Assembly: GCA_965215265.1 (NCBI GenBank)
Contig: OZ244048.1
Location: 2,336,001-2,400,000, forward strand
Source of the DNA: Candidatus Poribacteria bacterium
GTDB lineage: Bacteria > Poribacteria > WGA-4E > WGA-3G
Reading direction: 5' to 3'
DNA: 64,000 nucleotides
The notes under the pieces were generated by a model, which had not been told where the DNA came from, did not search any database, and saw only the letters and a list, made by a program, of their open reading frames with translations. Every line of letters starts with the position of its first letter. The stretch's first letter is position 1. This document shows positions 28,601 to 39,615 of the stretch, one piece after another. The translations under genes and the position numbers were made by a program.

Positions 28601-28685
28601 GGAGAGGTGCAGGAGTGGTTGAACTGGACTGCCTGCTAAGCAGTTATGGCGCAAGCCATCGTGGGTTCGAATCCCACCCTCTCCG
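28601..28685 (+). tRNA. tRNA-Ser(GCT)
   Basis: ACTGC-CTGCTAA-GCAGT anticodon arm; long variable arm. Confidence 0.93.
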
Positions 28686-28724
28686 TGTTATTGCTATTGT
28701 TGGTAACAGTTTAGAACTCTAAAC

Positions 28725-28798
28725 GCGCCTGTAGCTCAGTGGATTAGAGCATCTGACTACGGATCAGAAGGCCGGGGGTTCGAATCCTCTCAGGCGCT
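28725..28798 (+). tRNA. tRNA-Arg(ACG)
   Basis: GCGCCTG/CAGGCGC acceptor stem; anticodon loop CTACGGA. Confidence 0.93.
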
Positions 28799-28836
28799 TT
28801 GATGCCCTCATAAGATAGAGGTACAAGGGCGAAGAT

Positions 28837-29310
28837 TTGCAGAGCGATTCCTTCTGGATGGAGCAAGCACTCACATTAGCGCGACGTGCCGGTGAGAAAG
28901 GTGAAGTCCCCGTCGCAGCGCTCATTGTTAAGGATGGGGTACGGATTGCAGAATCACATAACCTCCGTGAGGCGTGCGGTAGCCCCATTGCGCACGCCGA
29001 ATTGCTTGCGATTCAGGCGGCCGCCGGAAAAATCGGCAACTGGCGATTAACAGGGACGACCCTCTACGTGACATTGGAACCATGCCCAATGTGTGCTGGC
29101 GCGATAGTGTTAGCACGAATTCCGAAAGTTGTTTACGCCACAGCAGATCCAAAGTCTGGCGCTGCTGGTACGCTGTACAATATACTCCAAGATGAACGGC
29201 TCAACCATCGAGTAGAACTTGTCAGCGGTGTCCTCGCGGATAAGAGCAGTGCACTTTTGAAATCCTTTTTTGAAGAACGCCGACATTCCTCAAAGCGATT
29301 TAGGAGCTAA
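28837..29310 (+). CDS. tadA: tRNA adenosine(34) deaminase
   Basis: GEVPV; HAE; TLEPCPMCAGA. Confidence 0.95.
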   Translation: MQSDSFWMEQALTLARRAGEKGEVPVAALIVKDGVRIAESHNLREACGSPIAHAELLAIQAAAGKIGNWRLTGTTLYVTLEPCPMCAGAIVLARIPKVVYATADPKSGAAGTLYNILQDERLNHRVELVSGVLADKSSALLKSFFEERRHSSKRFRS

Positions 29311-29349
29311 CTTGCAAAATCGGCACAAAATAGTAACTTATAGACATCT

Positions 29350-29434
29350 GGAGAGATGCAGGAGTGGTTGAACTGGACAGTCTCGAAAACTGTTGTGACG
29401 CAAGTCACCGTGGGTTCGAATCCCACTCTCTCCG
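29350..29434 (+). tRNA. tRNA-Ser(CGA)
   Basis: ACAGT-CTCGAAA-ACTGT anticodon arm; long variable arm. Confidence 0.93.
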
Positions 29435-29522
29435 CTTTATTTGACTAACACCCTTAATATTTGTATTTTAGTATAGTAGGATTTAAGCGGCAATCAGCGT
29501 TGGAAGCGTGGCGTTGCATTGT

Positions 29523-29595
29523 GGGGCAGTAGCTCAGTTGGGAGAGCGCATCCCTCGCACGGATGAGGTCACGGGTTCAAATCCCGTCTGCTCCA
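29523..29595 (+). tRNA. tRNA-Ala(CGC)
   Basis: G3:U70 pair; CATCC-CTCGCAC-GGATG anticodon arm. Confidence 0.93.
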
Positions 29596-29642
29596 TACAC
29601 ATTTAGACAGTTCGATGAGATTGTTTCGTCTGACAAAAATTT

Positions 29643-29731
29643 GGAGAGATGCAGGAGTTGGTTGAACTGGCATGACTGGAAATCATGTGTGCTGTGATGC
29701 AGTACCGTGGGTTCGAATCCCACTCTCTCCG
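29643..29731 (+). tRNA. tRNA-Ser(GGA)
   Basis: CATGA-CTGGAAA-TCATG anticodon arm; long variable arm. Confidence 0.93.
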
Positions 29732-29776
29732 CTAGGGGTGAAAATTGCCCGTTCGCCCTATTGAAACAAACGTCTT

Positions 29777-30045
29777 GGCTATGCTAGGTGGGGAGGTAGC
29801 GGTGCCCTGTATCTGCAATCCGCTAAAGCAGAACGGAATTCCCAGTATGCGGCCTGTTTTTGTGGGGACTGTCCCACGCACGTGGCGTTGATGGCTGGGT
29901 CTTGAGCAACGAGAATTTATCAAACCCCGTCAGGTCTGGAAGGAAGCAGCGGTAGATAGGTTTCTCGTGTGACACAAGGTCGCCTAGCCTGAGCTAACGA
30001 CGTGTGCAACGCCCGGAAGAGCATGTCAACCCTGGGTGCATAGCC
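29777..30045 (+). ncRNA. ffs: Large (Bacillus-type, Alu-domain-containing) SRP RNA
   Basis: Terminal pairing GGCTATGC/GCATAGCC; 5' GGGGAGGTAGCGGTGCCCTGTA Alu-like segment; helix 8 CAGGTCTGGAAGGAAGCAGC; lies between tadA and dnaX. Confidence 0.88.
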
Positions 30046-30083
30046 ATTTAAATGCACGATTCCGATTGACTAAGGATACAGTG

Positions 30084-31856
30084 ATGTCATACGAGGTTCT
30101 TGCACAAAAATGGCGCCCTCAAAAATTCGCGGATGTTGTAGGACAAGAACACGTTACCACAACGTTAAAAAACCAGATTTTGTCTGAGCGAATCGGGCAC
30201 GCCTATCTGTTTTGGGGGCCGAGAGGAACTGGCAAAACGACGGTTGCACGTCTCCTGGCAAAAACTGTTAATTGTCCAAACCGGATTCACGAAACCGAAT
30301 TTGACAAAACACTTATTGCAGAACCCTGCAACACGTGTGAATTCTGTAGAGACATCGCGGCGGGTAAATCTTTTGACGTGCTTGAGATGGATGCTGCCTC
30401 TAACCGCGGTATTGATACAATTCGTGACCTGCGTGAAAACGTTAAACTCGCGCCAGCTACCTGTACCTACAAAATCTATATCATAGATGAAGCACACATG
30501 CTGTCCACTGAAGCTTTCAACGCTCTCCTCAAGACGCTTGAGGAACCCCCCTCGCATGTCATCTTCATCATGGCAACCACCGAACATGCAAAAATCCCGA
30601 AGACGATTGCGTCACGTTGTCAAGATTTTGATTTCCGGCACCTGGAAGATGAAAAAATCATCTCCCGCTTATCGTTAATTGCTGAAACAGAACAAATCGA
30701 TGCAAACTCAGATGTCCTGACTCTCATCACTCGGCAATCGGAAGGCTGTCTACGGGATGCGGAAAACTTACTGGAGCGCCTCGTCTCCTCAGCCGGAAAA
30801 AATTTAACCGTTACTACCGTTGAACAGACGCTCGGCCTGGGCTCTAGTTTTCTGATTGGCGAACTCACCGGGGCAATTATTAAACGGCATCTCGCAGAAG
30901 CACTAGTAACACTAAACAAATTAGTGAAGCAAGGCACAGATCTCAGCCAATGTCTGCACCAATTGATTATCCATTTCCGAGATTTGCGCCTCTTAGCGAT
31001 TGACAAAAACCTATCAGAACTCATCCAGAGCCCTAAATCAGATCTTTCTGAACTCCAACAGCAAGTTGAACAGATATCAGTCAACCGATTATCGCGGATT
31101 ATCAAAATTTTAATGCATACCAACCGTGAAATCAAACAGTACGGTTACGCGCAGCTCCAATTGGAAACCGCGCTGGTGCAGCTTAATTCGCTTGAGGAAG
31201 GCATTCAACTTCAGGAAATCGTGAATAAATTGTCGGAAATGGAACAGAAACTTGATTCAACAGCGGTTTCGGGAGTATCTTCTTCCGATAGCGAGCTGCA
31301 TGCGGACAAAGTCTTTGAGCCTGCCAGCCGGCCATCTCGCCAATTCTCGAATTCTATAGATATGGCGCAGAGAGGAGCCGAATCCGAACAGCAGCGGCCC
31401 ATATTCGCGTTTCAGGAAAGCACGACTACGAGCCTAGAGGAGCCAATAAAATCGCAGTCATCCGAACCCGCGCCCGATGTCAGTGATATTAACACGGTTT
31501 GGGAGGCGGTTAAAGCGAAACTCCCAGTGCATCTTCGCTCTGGTTTACTAAGCGATGCCGTCCCTTCTGCCAATGGCAGCTCTCATATCAAAATCGCCTG
31601 CTCCCCAACCTACCTCTCAATGATTGATGACGAACAGAGACAAAAGATTACCACTGTTGTAAACGAGATAGTGGGAAAATCTGTCGAAGTTGAATTAGTC
31701 AAGTTAGAGCATGTGCCCGAAACGGCCACGTCTACCGGCGCACAACCAAAAAAGGCACAGAAGACTCCCCTGGTGCAGCGGCTTGAAGCGGAAGACGATC
31801 CGCGGCTCAAAACAGCCCTTCAACTTTTTGATGCAAAAATTTTAGAAACGCAATAA
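30084..31856 (+). CDS. dnaX: DNA polymerase III subunit gamma/tau
   Basis: KWRPQKF; GPRGTGKTT; DAASNRG; IIDEAHMLS; LLKTLEEPP. Confidence 0.96.
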   Translation: MSYEVLAQKWRPQKFADVVGQEHVTTTLKNQILSERIGHAYLFWGPRGTGKTTVARLLAKTVNCPNRIHETEFDKTLIAEPCNTCEFCRDIAAGKSFDVLEMDAASNRGIDTIRDLRENVKLAPATCTYKIYIIDEAHMLSTEAFNALLKTLEEPPSHVIFIMATTEHAKIPKTIASRCQDFDFRHLEDEKIISRLSLIAETEQIDANSDVLTLITRQSEGCLRDAENLLERLVSSAGKNLTVTTVEQTLGLGSSFLIGELTGAIIKRHLAEALVTLNKLVKQGTDLSQCLHQLIIHFRDLRLLAIDKNLSELIQSPKSDLSELQQQVEQISVNRLSRIIKILMHTNREIKQYGYAQLQLETALVQLNSLEEGIQLQEIVNKLSEMEQKLDSTAVSGVSSSDSELHADKVFEPASRPSRQFSNSIDMAQRGAESEQQRPIFAFQESTTTSLEEPIKSQSSEPAPDVSDINTVWEAVKAKLPVHLRSGLLSDAVPSANGSSHIKIACSPTYLSMIDDEQRQKITTVVNEIVGKSVEVELVKLEHVPETATSTGAQPKKAQKTPLVQRLEAEDDPRLKTALQLFDAKILETQ

Positions 31857-31961
31857 TCGTTAAACGTGCCTAAAAAGCGCGATGAAAAAAGGAGATATAT
31901 CCGGAAAAATCGCGTGCGGAGACAGATGTCCGCACGACTCACGCCGGAAAACATTGTTATT

Positions 31962-32270
31962 ATGAAAATGAATGACTTGATGAAACAGGCCCAACAGATG
32001 CAGAAGCGAATGCTTGAAATCCGAGAAGAACTCGCAAACCGAACCGTTGAGTCAACCGTCGGTGGAGGCATGGTCACGGCTGTTGTGAATGGCCAACAAG
32101 AAGTCGTTTCTCTCCAAATCAAGCCGGAAGTCGTAGATTCAGAAGATACAGAGATGCTGGAAGACCTCGTCGTAGCGGCGATTAACGAGGCACTTGAGCA
32201 GTCCCAAGAATTAATGTCCGCAGAGATGAGCAAACTCACCGGAGGTCTAAAAATTCCGGGGCTACCGTAA
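31962..32270 (+). CDS. ybaB: YbaB/EbfC nucleoid-associated protein
   Basis: MKQAQQMQ; GGGMVTAVVNG; LEDLVVAAINEA; lies between dnaX and recR. Confidence 0.93.
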   Translation: MKMNDLMKQAQQMQKRMLEIREELANRTVESTVGGGMVTAVVNGQQEVVSLQIKPEVVDSEDTEMLEDLVVAAINEALEQSQELMSAEMSKLTGGLKIPGLP

Positions 32271-32348
32271 ATCCAAACAACTTGCAAATTGTTTCGCATC
32301 ATCCAAGATAGCAGCAAAGATTTGCTAGTTATATCGGACAGAGAATTC

Positions 32349-32975
32349 ATGGAAGAATACCCACGACCCTTGGCACGGCTGATCTGCGAGCTCCAAAAAC
32401 TTCCGACGATTGGGCAGAAAACGGCACAACGGTTGGCATTTTTTATGCTAAAATTGCCAGAAACTGAGACTGTCCAGATTGCCAAAGCGATTGCTGAGGT
32501 TAAACGGCTCCTGTCTTATTGCAACATTTGTGGTACAATTACGGATACGAATCCATGCTATATTTGTATTAATCCACGCCGCGATCGGCGGCTGATCTGT
32601 GTAGTTGAAGAGTCAGATGATTTGTGGGCTATTGAACGAACCAACGGTTATAAGGGATTATACCACGTACTGGGCGGGGTGCTCTCTCCACTTGATGGTA
32701 TCGGCCCCGATGAACTCAGAATCAATGCACTTTTTGAACGAATTGAGGAAAGCCGCTCCAAAAATTTTGAGCCGGGTGCAGATATCAAGGAGGTAATTCT
32801 CGCGACTAATGGTACTACAGAGGGGCAGGCAACTGCCCTCTATCTCCTGCAACACTTGGAAAGATTTCAGATAGCCGTAACCCGGATTGCACAAGGCATT
32901 CCTGTTGGTGGAGATTTGGAGTACATTGATGAGTTAACCCTCGCTAAAGCGTTGTCGGATAGACGTAAGGTATAA
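32349..32975 (+). CDS. recR: Recombination mediator RecR
   Basis: LPTIGQKTAQRLAF; C4 zinc finger; YHVLGGVLSPLDGIGP. Confidence 0.96.
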   Translation: MEEYPRPLARLICELQKLPTIGQKTAQRLAFFMLKLPETETVQIAKAIAEVKRLLSYCNICGTITDTNPCYICINPRRDRRLICVVEESDDLWAIERTNGYKGLYHVLGGVLSPLDGIGPDELRINALFERIEESRSKNFEPGADIKEVILATNGTTEGQATALYLLQHLERFQIAVTRIAQGIPVGGDLEYIDELTLAKALSDRRKV

Positions 32976-33010
32976 GCAGAAAACGATGCCGCGTCTCGCT
33001 AAATCAAAAT

Positions 33011-33982
33011 ATGAAAAACTTTCATGAAATGCCAAATTCGATACAGCCAATTGTAGACAGAAGACAGATTCGGTTTCGGTGCATGTTCCTCTTAGTAACC
33101 TTTTGTTTGGGTATCTGTAGTCCTGCCTGTACAAATCCAATTCGTGAGAATGAGGACACTTCAACAAGCGCAGTGAACGCCTTTGATGCTCAAAATGCCT
33201 TTGCAATCTTGGAGAAACAGTGCAAATTCGGCCCGAGGCCGCCTGGTTCAGCGGCACACCGAAAAACGCAAGATTATCTATTCTTAGAACTTCAGAAATA
33301 CGCTGAGAATGTAGAACTCCAGCCACATCAATTCAAAACGCTGCATCTGAATAATATCTTGGCAGAGTTCGGAAGCAATAGCAGCGAGACGATGCTATTG
33401 GCAGCGCATTGGGACACGCGCCCCATCGCCGAGCACGATGCTATCCTTGAGAACCGGAATAAACCGATCCTCGGTGCAAACGACGGTGCCTCGGGTGTGG
33501 CAGTACTTCTTGAAATCGCACGTATTTTAAAGCAATACCCGCCGCCGCGTCGGGTCATCATTGTTTTATTTGATGGAGAAGATTACGGCAAAACTACGGA
33601 CGATATGTTTATCGGATCCCGTTTTTTTGCTCGAAATCTCGGCAGGTGGAAGCCAGACTACGGTATCTTGTTAGATATGGTAGGCGATAAGAATTTACAA
33701 CTGCCCATAGAAAGATATTCTTGGAATGCCAATCCTGAATTTGCAGAGGCGTTATGGAAACGTGCACGCGAACTCGGATTGGGAGCCTTCGAACACCGGG
33801 TCGGGGCGGCAATCATGGACGACCACGTTCCACTCATAAAGGTTGGTATCCCCATGGTTAATATTATTGACTTTGACTATCCGTATTGGCACACGCTTGA
33901 AGATACCGTAGACAAATGTAGCGCGAAAAGCCTGGAGATGGTTGGAACCCTCGTCCTCAGCACGATTTATGACGGCCTATGA
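33011..33982 (+). CDS. M28 family peptidase / glutaminyl-cyclase-like protein
   Basis: AHWDTRP; GANDGASGV; FDGED; DDH; YWHT. Confidence 0.88.
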   Translation: MKNFHEMPNSIQPIVDRRQIRFRCMFLLVTFCLGICSPACTNPIRENEDTSTSAVNAFDAQNAFAILEKQCKFGPRPPGSAAHRKTQDYLFLELQKYAENVELQPHQFKTLHLNNILAEFGSNSSETMLLAAHWDTRPIAEHDAILENRNKPILGANDGASGVAVLLEIARILKQYPPPRRVIIVLFDGEDYGKTTDDMFIGSRFFARNLGRWKPDYGILLDMVGDKNLQLPIERYSWNANPEFAEALWKRARELGLGAFEHRVGAAIMDDHVPLIKVGIPMVNIIDFDYPYWHTLEDTVDKCSAKSLEMVGTLVLSTIYDGL

Positions 33983-34041
33983 TGCCGCTGACGAGACCCG
34001 CTAGAGAATACCTAGATTCAATAACCGAGCAAAACAGAGAG

Positions 34042-35922
34042 ATGAACACTTACCAAAAACATTACGATGTTATCGTTGTTGGAGCGGGACATGCAGGCTG
34101 TGAAGCTGCGCTTGCTGCTGCGCGAATGGGCTGTGAAACGCTAATCGTTACCATTAACCTGGATACCATCGCTAAGATGTCCTGCAATCCTGCTATCGGC
34201 GGGTTAGCTAAGGGGCATCTCGTGAAAGAAATCGATGCCCTCGGGGGTGAGATGGCGAAAACGATTGACAAAACGGGTATTCAATTCCGGCGATTGAACA
34301 CGAAAAAGGGCCCCGCGGTCCGCGCCAGCCGTGCACAAGCAGACAAAAAGGCGTATCAAGATGAAATGAAGCGCGTTTTGGAAGCGCAGCAACGACTTGA
34401 CATCAAGCAGGTATTGGTTGAAGAATTATTGGTAGAAGACGGGCAATGCATAGGAATTCTGAGTCAGACGCAAACCGCCTATTTCGCCAGTACTGTCATT
34501 CTAACAACAGGGACCTTCCTCAAAGGCTTAATCCATATTGGCGATATCTGCTACAGTGCTGGCAGAGCAGGCGAATCATCTGCAGAGAAGCTGTCGACGA
34601 ACTTTTTGAACCTTGGCTTTGAAATCGGCAGGCTCAAAACAGGTACCCCGCCGCGCGTCAATGCAAATACTGTAGATTTCAGCAAAATGGAGATTCAGCC
34701 CGGCGATGAACAGCCGGCCCCTTTTTCATTTTCAACGGAGCACATCTCGCAGAGACAACTCCCATGTTATCTCACGTATACCAATGAAAAAACGCATCAG
34801 TTAATTCGCGATAATCTGCATCGTTCAGCAATGTATAGCGGGCGCATCGTCGGCATCGGACCCCGCTATTGCCCGTCAATTGAGGATAAGGTCATTCGAT
34901 TCGCAGAGAAGACTGCTCACCAAGTGTTTGTAGAACCGGAAGGCAGAGAAACCGATGAAATTTACCTCAATGGTATCTCGTCCAGTTTACCGGAAGATGT
35001 CCAAGTAGAGATGGTTCATAGCATCAAAGGCTTAGAGCATGCCGAGATCATGCGATTCGGATATGCCGTTGAATATGACTTTGCACCCGCCAGACAACTT
35101 AAACCGACCCTTGAAACCAAACGCGTCAAAAACCTTTACTTTGCAGGGCAACTCAATGGTACCACCGGTTATGAGGAAGCCGCTGCTCAAGGAGTGATAG
35201 CAGGTATAAATGCCGCCTTAAAGGTTAAAGAAGAGCAGCCTTTTGTGCTTGACCGGGCACAAGCATATATCGCTGTACTGATTGATGATCTGGTAACGAT
35301 GGATATCCGTGAACCTTACCGCATGTTCACATCACGCGCTGAATATAGATTGACTTTAAGGGAAGACAATGCAGACCTGCGTCTAACCGAACTCGGCAGA
35401 AGGATCGGACTCGTTGATGACAATAGATATAGACGATTCAAAATGAAAGCCGAACAGATTCAGACAGAACACAAGCGGTTGTACGAAACCGTTCTAAAGC
35501 CTCAGTTGGTACCGGATGCTAGTCTCACACACATCATCAAAACGGGCCAGTTGAAGCAGCCAACATCGCTGGCGGAACTGCTTAAACGTCCTGCGCTGCA
35601 CTACGAAGACATAGCACAAATTGCGCCACCGTCAGAGGCACTCTGTGCGGCTGTAAAAGAACAGGTTGAAATTCAGATCAAATACGAAGGCTATATCCAG
35701 CGGCAACAGAGACAGATTCATCAGTTTAAACGGTTAGAGAATTATCGAATTCCGGAGGCGTTTGACTACACCGAGGTGCCGGGCTTAAAGGTAGAAGCCC
35801 GCGAAAAATTGGCAAAAATTCGTCCGGCTTCTATCGGGCAAGCTTCGCGGCTGCCCGGGGTTTCGCCTGCAGATATCTCAATTTTGACCGTTATCCTGCA
35901 TCAACAAACAGCCAAGCGTTAA
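34042..35922 (+). CDS. mnmG: tRNA uridine-5-carboxymethylaminomethyl modification enzyme
   Basis: [11 protein letters not shown]; MSCNPAIGG; RLKTGTPPR; [11 protein letters not shown]. Confidence 0.97.
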   Translation: MNTYQKHYDVIVVGAGHAGCEAALAAARMGCETLIVTINLDTIAKMSCNPAIGGLAKGHLVKEIDALGGEMAKTIDKTGIQFRRLNTKKGPAVRASRAQADKKAYQDEMKRVLEAQQRLDIKQVLVEELLVEDGQCIGILSQTQTAYFASTVILTTGTFLKGLIHIGDICYSAGRAGESSAEKLSTNFLNLGFEIGRLKTGTPPRVNANTVDFSKMEIQPGDEQPAPFSFSTEHISQRQLPCYLTYTNEKTHQLIRDNLHRSAMYSGRIVGIGPRYCPSIEDKVIRFAEKTAHQVFVEPEGRETDEIYLNGISSSLPEDVQVEMVHSIKGLEHAEIMRFGYAVEYDFAPARQLKPTLETKRVKNLYFAGQLNGTTGYEEAAAQGVIAGINAALKVKEEQPFVLDRAQAYIAVLIDDLVTMDIREPYRMFTSRAEYRLTLREDNADLRLTELGRRIGLVDDNRYRRFKMKAEQIQTEHKRLYETVLKPQLVPDASLTHIIKTGQLKQPTSLAELLKRPALHYEDIAQIAPPSEALCAAVKEQVEIQIKYEGYIQRQQRQIHQFKRLENYRIPEAFDYTEVPGLKVEAREKLAKIRPASIGQASRLPGVSPADISILTVILHQQTAKR

Positions 35923-35952
35923 ATTCCGTTGAAGCATCCTATTCGGAGTGCG

Positions 35953-36684
35953 ATGTCTATAGAGAGAAGCAGCGTCGCGATGTCTGAAGTTACGTCCGGA
36001 AAATTTGCTGAGTCTTTAGAACAGACTTTCGGCAATTATGGGTTCCCACTCACACAGAACCAAGTAGAACAATTAACCCGGTATCGTACCGAATTATGCC
36101 GGTGGAATAGACGTATCAACCTAACCGCAATCACAAAAGATGAGGAGATTATTCGTAAACACTTTCTTGACTCGCTGGGTGTACTAAAATATATCACACT
36201 CCATCCTAAGGCTGCAGTCATTGACATCGGCACCGGGGCGGGATTTCCCGGAATGGTGCTAAAAATTTACGTCCCCGACATTTGGTTAACCCTTGTTGAA
36301 GCAAAACAAAAGAAGGTCAGTTTTCTAAAATTTCTGACTGCACAATTGATAGACGTAGCAGGAAACGCAAATTGCACATCTAAGGTTCAAGTGTTAGCGG
36401 AGCGGGCTGAAACCTGTGCCCGGGAGCCTTGCCACATAGGTGTTTATGATTGGGTATTCACGCGTTACGTTGCCTCACTTAGAGACGCGGCCGCCTACTG
36501 CTTACCGTTATTAAAATCAACTGGGAAGTGGGTGGCCTACAAATCCGGTGAAGAGACTGTTCACGCGGAAATTCGCGACAGTGCTACGAGGTTTGACGCA
36601 CTCGGTGGAGCCGTTGAAACCGTTTTCACGAGCTCGATGCTCAATCGGCACTATATTGTCATTAGCCGCCTAAACAAAGCATGA
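35953..36684 (+). CDS. rsmG: 16S rRNA m7G527 methyltransferase
   Basis: WNRRINLTAI; HFLDSL; DIGTGAGFPG; follows mnmG. Confidence 0.93.
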   Translation: MSIERSSVAMSEVTSGKFAESLEQTFGNYGFPLTQNQVEQLTRYRTELCRWNRRINLTAITKDEEIIRKHFLDSLGVLKYITLHPKAAVIDIGTGAGFPGMVLKIYVPDIWLTLVEAKQKKVSFLKFLTAQLIDVAGNANCTSKVQVLAERAETCAREPCHIGVYDWVFTRYVASLRDAAAYCLPLLKSTGKWVAYKSGEETVHAEIRDSATRFDALGGAVETVFTSSMLNRHYIVISRLNKA

Positions 36685-36810
36685 TACCAATTACTGCAAA
36701 CAGAATACCTTATACGGACTACTTTTAAAAATTGCATGAAGTCAAGAAAGGAAGTTTTGAAACGCTTAAAGTCTGTAAGGATAGGATTTCCACACCTGAA
36801 GGAAAATTTG

Positions 36811-37149
36811 ATGAATTTTGATACAATAGTAAGAGAACAAAATATCTCTATTCTCCGCGTTGAAGGGAAAATCATTGGAAGTACTGCCAAGGCATTTCGT
36901 CAAGCGATGGAACGTCAGCTTGAGGTAGGAAACGTTAAACTCGTCGTCGATTTAACGAAAGTGCCATTGATTGACAGTACGGCCCTCGGTGCGATTATCT
37001 TAGCCATGCGCGGCTTCCAAGAATCGGGCGGTAAATTAGTGCTGCTTAACCCACAGAAAGCGGTCCAGAATGTGCTGGAGGTAACACATCTTGCCTCTGT
37101 CGTCGAAATCTATGATACGGAGGACAGGGCGCATGCTGCGCTTTCGTAA
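36811..37149 (+). CDS. STAS-domain anti-sigma-factor antagonist
   Basis: VVDLTKVPLIDSTALG phosphoacceptor loop. Confidence 0.88.
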   Translation: MNFDTIVREQNISILRVEGKIIGSTAKAFRQAMERQLEVGNVKLVVDLTKVPLIDSTALGAIILAMRGFQESGGKLVLLNPQKAVQNVLEVTHLASVVEIYDTEDRAHAALS

Positions 37150-37186
37150 TTCGCTATGAGGGTGCTTTGAGAAAGCTGAGAGTCCA

Positions 37187-39583
37187 ATGAAAAGGAAACC
37201 CACCGCGAAACGCTCGTCACTCAAACTCGGCTTACGCGGACAACAGATTATCCTGTTTCTGTTGGTTTCCCTGATGCCGTTGTTCACGGTGGCCCTAACC
37301 ATTAAGGTATTAGGCGAGAACGCTTTGAAAAGTAGTGTAGGGGACAGTCTCGTCTTATTGGCACAACAGAAACTTTACCAAACCGATAGAGCGATATCAG
37401 AAAAAATAGAGAACATTTACAGTGAACTCCCCAACATCACAGAAGCGGTCCGCTGGTCTAACAGTGCTAAAGAGAAACAGCTCGTATTTTTGACGGTTTG
37501 GGCACGCTTAGACGATAGCATTCGGTTATTTGAGGCTTATGCAGGGTATGACAGTGAGGTAACCATTGCGAATGCGACTGGAGAGGTGCTTCGTTCAAAC
37601 AACCCTGAGCTTGATTACAGCACCAAGGAGCCGGCTCCTCACCGGGTGAACAATCAAGATTGGTGGCAAAAGGCCTACAACAACGGCCTCGGATATCAGT
37701 TTGTGGAGGATGTGACGTATGATACCACGCGCGGCGCACATGTACTCCCGATTGCGTTGCCAATTAGAGCGGAATCGCAGCCTGCAAACACTTCTGGAGA
37801 GAAAAATCGGAAATTGCCCGTTCACATAGAAAACCCCGTCATCGGTGTGCTCAGGGCAGTTCTGTTACTGCCTGAATTGACGAATCTTGTTGAATCCAGT
37901 CCTGATATTGAAGAAACGGACACCTTTTTGATAAACCAATCCGGTACAATTATCTCCGCGTCACCTGGGAGTGGATATAGCATCGGTAATTATGAGATAA
38001 GCAATGCGGTTGCCTCGGCAATTGTTGAAGCCAAAAAACGGAACAGCGGAAGTTACTACGGTTATGAGGCAGATGGCGAGACCGATAGTTTCGGTGAAAA
38101 CCGCATCTACGGTTGGGCACGAACACAGCCTTCCGTGCTGGAACCGTGGAAGGTAGAACAAAATTTTAGCAATTGGATAATTTTCGTTTCCCGTCCCGTT
38201 TCATCTGCGTACGCCGCGGTCGGGAAATTGAACAGATATATCTTTTACGTCACACTTGCGTCCGCTGCCACTGTTGTTTTGATAGCCTGCTGGGCCGCCC
38301 AAAGAATTACGACACCTATCATGCAATTAGCCGGTGCAGCACGTAACATCGCGCAGAGCGAGTCTGAAGGTGAGCTAGGGCAGAGCTTGCAAAACCGTAT
38401 TGAAAAGCCCATCCACAGCAGCACGGAAGTTGGGATTCTGGCAGAAGAATTCAATAACATGCGTCAAAATTTGAAGGCCGCTGTTGAAGAACTCAGCAAT
38501 GAACAAAAAAAGTTGATGGCGATTGTCGAAAACCTCGGGGAAGGATTGATTGTTGTTGATAAAAATAGTAGAGTACTATATATTAACCCTGTGGCAGAAA
38601 CGCTATTCAAGCTGGGTGATACAGAGAATTATGAAAACTTCGTCTCTCTTGACATATCAGCAGGTCAAGTCCATTGGCGGAAGTCTCTCCTTGGAGAGGC
38701 GATGTCCGACACGGTAACGGCTGAATTAAACGTGCTTTCCGAAACACAGCACGAAACGCATCACACCGTGATTGCGGAAATTAATCAAACACAAGTTCTC
38801 CGGATTGTGACGAGTCAATTTGTGGATGAGAGGCACACGACAGTAGGAACGGTGTACCTGTTTGATGACATCACGTCTGAATACGAAATTGATAAAATGA
38901 AATCCGAGTTCGTCTCACTTGTCTCGCATGAATTGCGTACACCGTTGACATCCATCATGGGGTTCATCTCACTTATTCTGGATGGAAAAACTGGCGGAAT
39001 TAACGAAAAACAGCGCGAAAGTCTGAGCCGGGCACTGCGTCAATCAAAGCGTCTCACAGCGCTTATTAACGATTTGCTTGATGTTTCACGAATTGAAGCC
39101 GGGCGGATTGAGATGAAGCAGGAACACATAGCGATTCAAAAGATAGCAAAGCGACGACTGGAAGAATTACGTCCACAAGCAGCTGAGAAAGCGATTACGC
39201 TTGTTATAGACACTGAACCGAATTTACCGGTTATCACCGGTGATGCCGATAGGATCGGACAAGTTTTTATCAACCTCATCGGAAATGCGATTAAATTTAC
39301 ACCGGACAACGGAAAAGTGACTGTCAGAATCTCCCGTGTCCCTGACACAAAGCGTGCACTCCATGCTGAAGTCATTGACACCGGCCCAGGCATTCCGCCT
39401 GAGGAAAGAGAAAAAATTTTTGATAAATTCCATCAGCTTGGAAGTGTGCAGACACGCCAGCAGGGTGGGACGGGCTTAGGACTCGGTATTGCTGCTGCGA
39501 TAGTTGACGCACACGGGGGCAAATTGTGGGCGGATGCTGGGGCGAACGGACACGGCTGTAATTTTCAATTCATCATCCCGTAA
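37187..39583 (+). CDS. Membrane sensor histidine kinase (Cache-like, HAMP, PAS)
   Basis: Two TM helices; VSHELRTPLTSI; NAIKFT; GGTGLGL. Confidence 0.92.
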   Translation: MKRKPTAKRSSLKLGLRGQQIILFLLVSLMPLFTVALTIKVLGENALKSSVGDSLVLLAQQKLYQTDRAISEKIENIYSELPNITEAVRWSNSAKEKQLVFLTVWARLDDSIRLFEAYAGYDSEVTIANATGEVLRSNNPELDYSTKEPAPHRVNNQDWWQKAYNNGLGYQFVEDVTYDTTRGAHVLPIALPIRAESQPANTSGEKNRKLPVHIENPVIGVLRAVLLLPELTNLVESSPDIEETDTFLINQSGTIISASPGSGYSIGNYEISNAVASAIVEAKKRNSGSYYGYEADGETDSFGENRIYGWARTQPSVLEPWKVEQNFSNWIIFVSRPVSSAYAAVGKLNRYIFYVTLASAATVVLIACWAAQRITTPIMQLAGAARNIAQSESEGELGQSLQNRIEKPIHSSTEVGILAEEFNNMRQNLKAAVEELSNEQKKLMAIVENLGEGLIVVDKNSRVLYINPVAETLFKLGDTENYENFVSLDISAGQVHWRKSLLGEAMSDTVTAELNVLSETQHETHHTVIAEINQTQVLRIVTSQFVDERHTTVGTVYLFDDITSEYEIDKMKSEFVSLVSHELRTPLTSIMGFISLILDGKTGGINEKQRESLSRALRQSKRLTALINDLLDVSRIEAGRIEMKQEHIAIQKIAKRRLEELRPQAAEKAITLVIDTEPNLPVITGDADRIGQVFINLIGNAIKFTPDNGKVTVRISRVPDTKRALHAEVIDTGPGIPPEEREKIFDKFHQLGSVQTRQQGGTGLGLGIAAAIVDAHGGKLWADAGANGHGCNFQFIIP

Positions 39584-39615
39584 GAAAACAGACATCACAA
39601 AAAAGGATTGAGCGG

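Noticed and set aside
28468-29731. One of the long-arm tRNAs being tRNA-Sec
   Set aside because: Anticodons are TGA, GCT, CGA and GGA with 7-bp acceptor stems; none has TCA.
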